Shown: one piece after another, positions 59,090 to 64,000 of the stretch | Layout: each line of letters begins with the position of its first letter | Position numbering within the stretch: the first letter of the stretch is position 1 | From: Pseudomonadota bacterium | GTDB lineage: Bacteria; Campylobacterota; Campylobacteria; Campylobacterales; Sulfurimonadaceae | Direction: 5' to 3' | Length of the DNA stretch: 64,000 bases | Assembly: GCA_043797085.1 (NCBI GenBank) | Contig: JAZDQA010000012.1 | Coordinates: 1 to 64,000 of the forward strand | Program-made: the position numbers and the translations under genes | Notes under the pieces: generated by a model | What the model was told of the DNA's origin: nothing | Databases searched by the model: none | Seen by the model: only the letters and a program-made list of their open reading frames with translations

Positions 59090-59503
59090 ATGTTTGGTAT
59101 GGGCATCGGCGAAATTCTACTTATTGTTATCATTGCAGTTCTCTTTTTAGGACCGGACAAGCTTCCGGGTACTATGGTGGATATTGCCAAGTTTTTTCGC
59201 AGCGTCAAAGGAACGGTTAATTCAGCCCGTGCAAGCATCGAAGAGGAGATGAATTTTTCTGAAATGAAACAAGAAGCTCTCAACTACAAAAAAGAACTTA
59301 CGGATGCAAGTTCAGAGCTCGAACGGATGACCAATATCACTGAAATCGGGAGTGAAGTTCAATCGATGAAAAATGATCTTGATCTTAATACCATTACACC
59401 CCAAGCCCCCTCCGCTCCTAAAGAAGCCGAAGTTATTACCTTCGCTCCAAAAGCAAAAGAGACTCAATCTGTTGAAACCAAATCCCTCGAAAAGAATGTT
59501 TAA
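59090..59503 (+). CDS. tatB: Tat translocase subunit B
   Basis: MFGMGIGEILLI..LFLGPDKLP; directly upstream of tatC. Confidence 0.93.
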   Translation: MFGMGIGEILLIVIIAVLFLGPDKLPGTMVDIAKFFRSVKGTVNSARASIEEEMNFSEMKQEALNYKKELTDASSELERMTNITEIGSEVQSMKNDLDLNTITPQAPSAPKEAEVITFAPKAKETQSVETKSLEKNV

Positions 59504-60288
59504 TGTTTGATGATTTACGCCCTCATTTAGTTGAACTGCGCAAACGACTGGGTATCAGCGTCGTTGCAGTCATTGTTATGTCCATCATTATGTGGAATTT
59601 TCACGATGCAATACTTGCATGGATTACCGCCCCTCTTGTTGACGCACTTACCGCTACATCAAAGATCTCCCGTAAAGCAGCCATGGGAATGATTGTCACC
59701 CGAGAGCTATCGGAAGCATTTTTTGTCGCGATGAAAGTTTCCTTTTTCGCAGGACTTCTCGCAGCACTTCCCGTTATACTGTCTCAAGTATGGCTTTTTA
59801 TCGCTCCGGGTTTGTATACCAATGAGAAAAAAATGATGATTCCCATCGTCGTAGGTGGAACCGCAATGTTCCTGATGGGTTCAGCATTCGCCTACTATTT
59901 TGTCACCCCTATCGGATTTGCTTTTTTCATCGAATTCGGAAGTGCCTCTTTTGTTCCGATGTACAATATCGGAGAGTACGTTGAATTTTTCACCAAAATC
60001 TTATTTGGTTTCGGGCTTGCATTTGAGCTTCCGGTTGTTTGTTATTTTCTTGCCCTCCTAGGACTCGTCGATGACAAAATGATGAAAAGTTTCTTTCGCT
60101 ACGCCATCGTTTTAATCTTTATTCTTTCTGCGATTTTAACGCCTCCTGATGTCATTTCTCAAATCCTAATGGCATTGCCTTTGATTTTTCTCTATGGGAT
60201 TTCTATTCTTATAGTCCGCGCCGTCAATCCTGCGCCCAAAGAAGAGCCTGAATCAAATTACGAAGATGAAGAAGAGACGATTGATTAA
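59503..60288 (+). CDS. tatC: Tat translocase subunit C
   Basis: HLVELRKRL, WLFIAPGLY, FELP, LTPPD. Confidence 0.96.
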   Translation: MFDDLRPHLVELRKRLGISVVAVIVMSIIMWNFHDAILAWITAPLVDALTATSKISRKAAMGMIVTRELSEAFFVAMKVSFFAGLLAALPVILSQVWLFIAPGLYTNEKKMMIPIVVGGTAMFLMGSAFAYYFVTPIGFAFFIEFGSASFVPMYNIGEYVEFFTKILFGFGLAFELPVVCYFLALLGLVDDKMMKSFFRYAIVLIFILSAILTPPDVISQILMALPLIFLYGISILIVRAVNPAPKEEPESNYEDEEETID

Positions 60289-61306
60289 AGACCCTCTGTT
60301 AACCTCCAGTTATGAATACTCACTTCCAAGTGAGCTCATAGCCACACATCCCGTCCACCCCAGAGATCATGCACGACTTCTTGTTTACAAACGAAGCGGT
60401 TGTTCCATTACTCATGCCCGTTTTGACCAATTAGAACAATTTTTGCCTAAAGAGTGTGCTCTTATTTTTAACGATACCAAAGTGATAAAAGCACGACTGT
60501 ACGGTAAAAAAGTCAGTGGCGGAGCTATCGAACTGCTCATAAACCGTCCCCTCGATGCCCATACTCTCAATGTGTATATCAAAGGGCGTGTTAAAGAACA
60601 AACACTCCTTCTTTTTGACGATAACCTTACCGCAACGGTAACCGCTCTCCATGAAGACGGATCTCGCGAAGTACAGTTCACCAAAGAGGGGACACTTTTA
60701 CGTTTTGAAGAGCTTCTCCCGATACTCGAACGCATTGGGCATATCCCCCTCCCCCCATATCTAGGTCGTGAAGACAACTCCGAAGATGAGCGTGAATATC
60801 AAAGTGTTTTTGCTGTACACGAGGGGGCTGTTGCTGCTCCCACTGCCTCACTGCATTTTACCGATGAGCTTTTTGAAGCCGTTTGTCATTCACGCCCGCA
60901 TGCTTTCGTCACCTTGCACGTAGGTTCCGGAACCTTCAAACCTGTCGAATGCGCTCACATCACCGATCATCCGATGCACTCGGAGTATTTTAATATCACC
61001 GACCAAGCACATACACTTATCCAACAAGAAATCCCCCTTCTGTGCATCGGAACGACATCAACAAGAACCATTGAATACCATGCTCGTACCCAAGAACTTC
61101 ACGGTGAGGCAAATCTCTTTTTGCATCCCAACAACCCACCTTTACGTGTAAATCATCTTTTAACCAACTTTCATCTTCCGCAATCCACTTTACTAATGCT
61201 GGTTGCCTCTTTTGTAGGTCTGGAAGAGATGCACCGTATCTATGATGAAGCGATTGCACAAAAATACCGCTTCTTTTCGTATGGCGATGCGATGCTTATA
61301 CTCTAA
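60281..61306 (+). CDS. queA: S-adenosylmethionine:tRNA ribosyltransferase-isomerase
   Basis: FNDTKVIKARL, PLPPY, AAPTASLHF, TLHVG, TNFHLP, FFSYGDAM; start uncertain (TTG 60281 or ATG 60266). Confidence 0.95.
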   Translation: MIKDPLLTSSYEYSLPSELIATHPVHPRDHARLLVYKRSGCSITHARFDQLEQFLPKECALIFNDTKVIKARLYGKKVSGGAIELLINRPLDAHTLNVYIKGRVKEQTLLLFDDNLTATVTALHEDGSREVQFTKEGTLLRFEELLPILERIGHIPLPPYLGREDNSEDEREYQSVFAVHEGAVAAPTASLHFTDELFEAVCHSRPHAFVTLHVGSGTFKPVECAHITDHPMHSEYFNITDQAHTLIQQEIPLLCIGTTSTRTIEYHARTQELHGEANLFLHPNNPPLRVNHLLTNFHLPQSTLLMLVASFVGLEEMHRIYDEAIAQKYRFFSYGDAMLIL

Positions 61307-61357
61307 ATCATTCCACGTTATGTTACAATTAGATTACAATAACCGTAAGGCATACAT

Positions 61358-62584
61358 ATGAAAACTCTTAACCGCAGACATTTTTTAGGCGCCGGTTTAC
61401 TCTTGGGGGCTACAAGCCTTCTAGGGAAAGCAATGCCCACTCAACCTATTTCAATTCCGCAAGAATACAAACCACCTATCATCGCATTTCCAGAGAAAAA
61501 ACCGATGATTGCCGTCTCTGATCGTCCACCGTTGCTTAAATCTGCCAAAGGGCGTGAAATTTTTATGCAGCCGATTACTCCCAATGATGAATTTTTCGTC
61601 CGTTGGCATCTTCCTGATATCCCGACTTTTATTGATTTAAACACTTTTCGTCTTGAAGTTAAAGGTGCCGTCAATACGCCGCTTTCTCTTAGTGTCGATG
61701 ATTTAAAATCCAAATTTGAACCAGCAGAAATTACCGCAGTACTTCAATGCGGAGGGAACAGCCGTAAATACTATAAAAATGTAGGTCCAGCAACTCATGG
61801 GGTACAATGGGATCACGGAGCTATGGGATGTGCAGTGTGGAAAGGGGTTCGTCTAAAAGACCTCTTGGAGCATGCAGGGGTCAAAGAAAGTGCCAAGTGG
61901 GTCGGACTCAACGGCCTAGAAAAACCTGCTATGGAAGAAACCCCTGATTTTTTCCGAGAAATGGCGATTGCAGAAGCTCTCGAAGATCAAATAATTGTTG
62001 CCTACTCGATGAACGGGGAGGATCTTCCTTATCTAAACGGTTTTCCGTTGCGATTGGTTATTCCAGGACATTTTGCCGACAGTTGGGTTAAAATGCTCAC
62101 CGAAATCACTGTTTTAGAGACCTATCAAAAAAGCTTTTTTATGGATGTTGCCTACACTGTTCCGGATAACGATTGCGAATGTGTTGTTTCAGGAAGCGAT
62201 TTTGAATACAAACGAAAACCCATTGCGAGCATGAAAGTAAAATCGGTCATCGGCTACCCTTCATCCGACACAGCTATCAAAAAAGGGTCAAAAGTTAAAA
62301 TCACGGGAGTCGCTTTTGACCAAGGAAAAGGGATCAAAGAGGTGATGATTTCTCTGGATGGCGGAAAAAGCTGGAGCGCTGCTAAACTCTCTGCTGAAAA
62401 CGGTAAATATGCCTTTAGAATGTGGACCTATGAATGGGATGCCAAAATCAAAGGTGACTTTTCCATTATGGCGCGTGCGATCAATCGCATCGGAAATATT
62501 CAACCTCAAGTAGACGAAATCGGCTGGAATGCAGGCGGATACCAATACAATGCTGTTGATGTCGTCAACGTTAAAATCGTCTAA
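61358..62584 (+). CDS. sorA: Tat-exported sulfite-oxidase-family molybdoenzyme (SorA-type sulfite dehydrogenase)
   Basis: NRRHFL Tat motif; FFVRWH, LQCGGNSR, NGFPLRL, WVK, W..GGY. Confidence 0.85.
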   Translation: MKTLNRRHFLGAGLLLGATSLLGKAMPTQPISIPQEYKPPIIAFPEKKPMIAVSDRPPLLKSAKGREIFMQPITPNDEFFVRWHLPDIPTFIDLNTFRLEVKGAVNTPLSLSVDDLKSKFEPAEITAVLQCGGNSRKYYKNVGPATHGVQWDHGAMGCAVWKGVRLKDLLEHAGVKESAKWVGLNGLEKPAMEETPDFFREMAIAEALEDQIIVAYSMNGEDLPYLNGFPLRLVIPGHFADSWVKMLTEITVLETYQKSFFMDVAYTVPDNDCECVVSGSDFEYKRKPIASMKVKSVIGYPSSDTAIKKGSKVKITGVAFDQGKGIKEVMISLDGGKSWSAAKLSAENGKYAFRMWTYEWDAKIKGDFSIMARAINRIGNIQPQVDEIGWNAGGYQYNAVDVVNVKIV

Positions 62585-62593
62585 GGAGCAAAA

Positions 62594-62911
62594 ATGAAAA
62601 AAATATTTTTAACGGCACTTATCCTAGGTGCCACAACACTTTTTGCTCAAGTTGCCAAACCAATCGAAATGCCTTACGTCGATTATCCTATGGTAAAAGG
62701 CGATCACGATGAAGTAGCACAGCAATACTGCCTCATCTGTCACTCATGGGGATACGTTCTTAACCAAGGTAAAAAAAGCAGACCTTACTGGAAAGGGACC
62801 GTACAAAAAATGGTCAATGAATTCAAGGCTCCTATCTCCAAAGAAGACCAGCATACCATCACCAACTATCTCGTAAAACATTATGGATACGAGGCAGATT
62901 CAGCGCATTAA
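62594..62911 (+). CDS. sorB: Monoheme cytochrome c subunit (SorB-type)
   Basis: Signal peptide; CLICHS; W..TVQKM...FKAPI. Confidence 0.82.
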   Translation: MKKIFLTALILGATTLFAQVAKPIEMPYVDYPMVKGDHDEVAQQYCLICHSWGYVLNQGKKSRPYWKGTVQKMVNEFKAPISKEDQHTITNYLVKHYGYEADSAH

Positions 62912-62937
62912 AATTTGCTTCTAACGAGGCAAATTTT
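62910..62937. terminator. Bidirectional terminator-like hairpin between sorB and dprA
   Basis: AAAATTTGCTTC-TAAC-GAGGCAAATTTT. Confidence 0.65.
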
Positions 62938-62940
62938 CTA

Positions 62941-63717
62941 TTAAACTACCAGTACTCTACCGTTTCGTACTTCTATTATCCCCCCAAGCTCTGCTTCAAA
63001 TATTTCACTCGGAAATCGGGCAATCACCTCTTCATACGTCGGCATCGTTCTGCAATAAGATATAAAGGGTGAGTCATTTATGGTATTTAGAGCGGATGAA
63101 GTAATCATGGCAACAAAACTGTCAATCTCTTCAATCGCCGTTGCCCTGCCTTGCGTCAGAAGCCTATGCGTTCCCTCGCTCTCACGTATACGATGCGGTA
63201 AAACATAAATTTGCTTACCCATTTCCAGTGCAAATTCCACCGAGCGCATACTACCGCTTCCGATATCAGCTTCCGCAACGATGAGACACTCACCCAATGC
63301 TACAACAATCTCATTACGCACTACAAAGCTCCACTCTCTCGCCATAAAATCAGGCTCAAATTGAGAAAGCGTTAAGCCATTCTTTTCAATAGATTCAATC
63401 AGCTCACGGTTAGCTTTGGGGTAGCGAATATCAATACCACACGGTAACACAGCGATGGTATTGCGCATTCCTGCACCTTGATGCGCCAGAGTATCCACAC
63501 CAGCAGCTGCACCGCTCACGATAACCATACCGGCAAGGGAGAGTTTTTTAGAAAGTTCCAGTGTAAGCGCCCGCGTGTAGGGATTTGGGCGACGCGTTCC
63601 AACGATGGAGATTTTGGGACGACAAAGAAGATCGAGAGAGCCCTTATAATAAAGAGATTCAGGATATTTTTTCATACAATCAAGCTCATTGATTTTAAAA
63701 GGGAGATTTATTGTCAT
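62941..63717 (-). CDS. dprA: DNA-processing protein A
   Basis: SIVGTR, VSGAAAGVD..AH, FVVRNEIV, EADIGSGS. Confidence 0.95.
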   Translation of the reverse strand: MTINLPFKINELDCMKKYPESLYYKGSLDLLCRPKISIVGTRRPNPYTRALTLELSKKLSLAGMVIVSGAAAGVDTLAHQGAGMRNTIAVLPCGIDIRYPKANRELIESIEKNGLTLSQFEPDFMAREWSFVVRNEIVVALGECLIVAEADIGSGSMRSVEFALEMGKQIYVLPHRIRESEGTHRLLTQGRATAIEEIDSFVAMITSSALNTINDSPFISYCRTMPTYEEVIARFPSEIFEAELGGIIEVRNGRVLVV

Positions 63718-63792
63718 ATCGTTATCCAGTACTTATTTTTCAGCCTCATTGTACTAAATGGGATTCAAATAACATAAAAATATGACAGTTTG

Positions 63793-64000
63793 TTATATTT
63801 TATCTATTCCTACGAGCATCACTTCACTCAAAACCTCTTTCGATTCTTTGAGTGCTTGCAGTGTATCAGGGCGTGGGTGTCCGATGGCGATAGCGCTTCC
63901 ATTGCGTTTGGCAATCGCAACTGCTTCACGTATTTGTTTTTTGATATTTTTAACCCCGTCTTGATGATCCAAAAATACATCCCGTCCTAAATAACGCATA
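63793..64000 (-). CDS. C-terminal part of a divergent polysaccharide deacetylase family protein (truncated by the window edge)
   Basis: RDVFLDH, A..NGSAIAIGHPRPDT. Confidence 0.85.
   Translation of the reverse strand, partial: MRYLGRDVFLDHQDGVKNIKKQIREAVAIAKRNGSAIAIGHPRPDTLQALKESKEVLSEVMLVGIDKI

Overview
Mostly core chromosome of a chemolithoautotrophic Campylobacterota (epsilonproteobacterium), probably Sulfuricurvum/Sulfurimonas-like; this placement is inferred from gene content and order only. Metabolism: ATP-citrate lyase aclBA (reverse TCA), futalosine-pathway mqnE, and two sulfur-related molybdoenzyme loci (a seven-gene Psr/Ttr-like B-C-A operon and sorAB). Housekeeping: glnD, glmS, thiC, ispDF, hisD, aroK, fbaA, nth, cmoA, pyk, hup, motAB, folP, holB, hobA, lysC, rppH, hemW, tatBC, queA, dprA. 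The left edge holds a perfect sigma70 promoter plus a boxA-like motif pointing out of the window, probably an rRNA operon leader. No tRNA, rRNA body, CRISPR array or transposase was recognised. Most notable: (1) the Psr-like operon ends in two unexplained genes, one a catalytically dead shikimate-dehydrogenase substrate domain; (2) a standalone class III nucleotide cyclase with non-standard specificity residues, bracketed by two CRP-type TGTGA-N6-TCACA boxes and followed by DNA-binding and NERD-helicase-like genes; (3) a convergent active/degenerate pair of heme-c GGDEF proteins, plus an MCP with the same sensor; (4) a Tat-exported HiPIP flanked by inverted nested REP-like repeats; (5) a MITE-like inverted repeat, several leaderless-gene candidates and an internal lysC beta start. 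All calls come from motif recognition by eye; no database searches were run.
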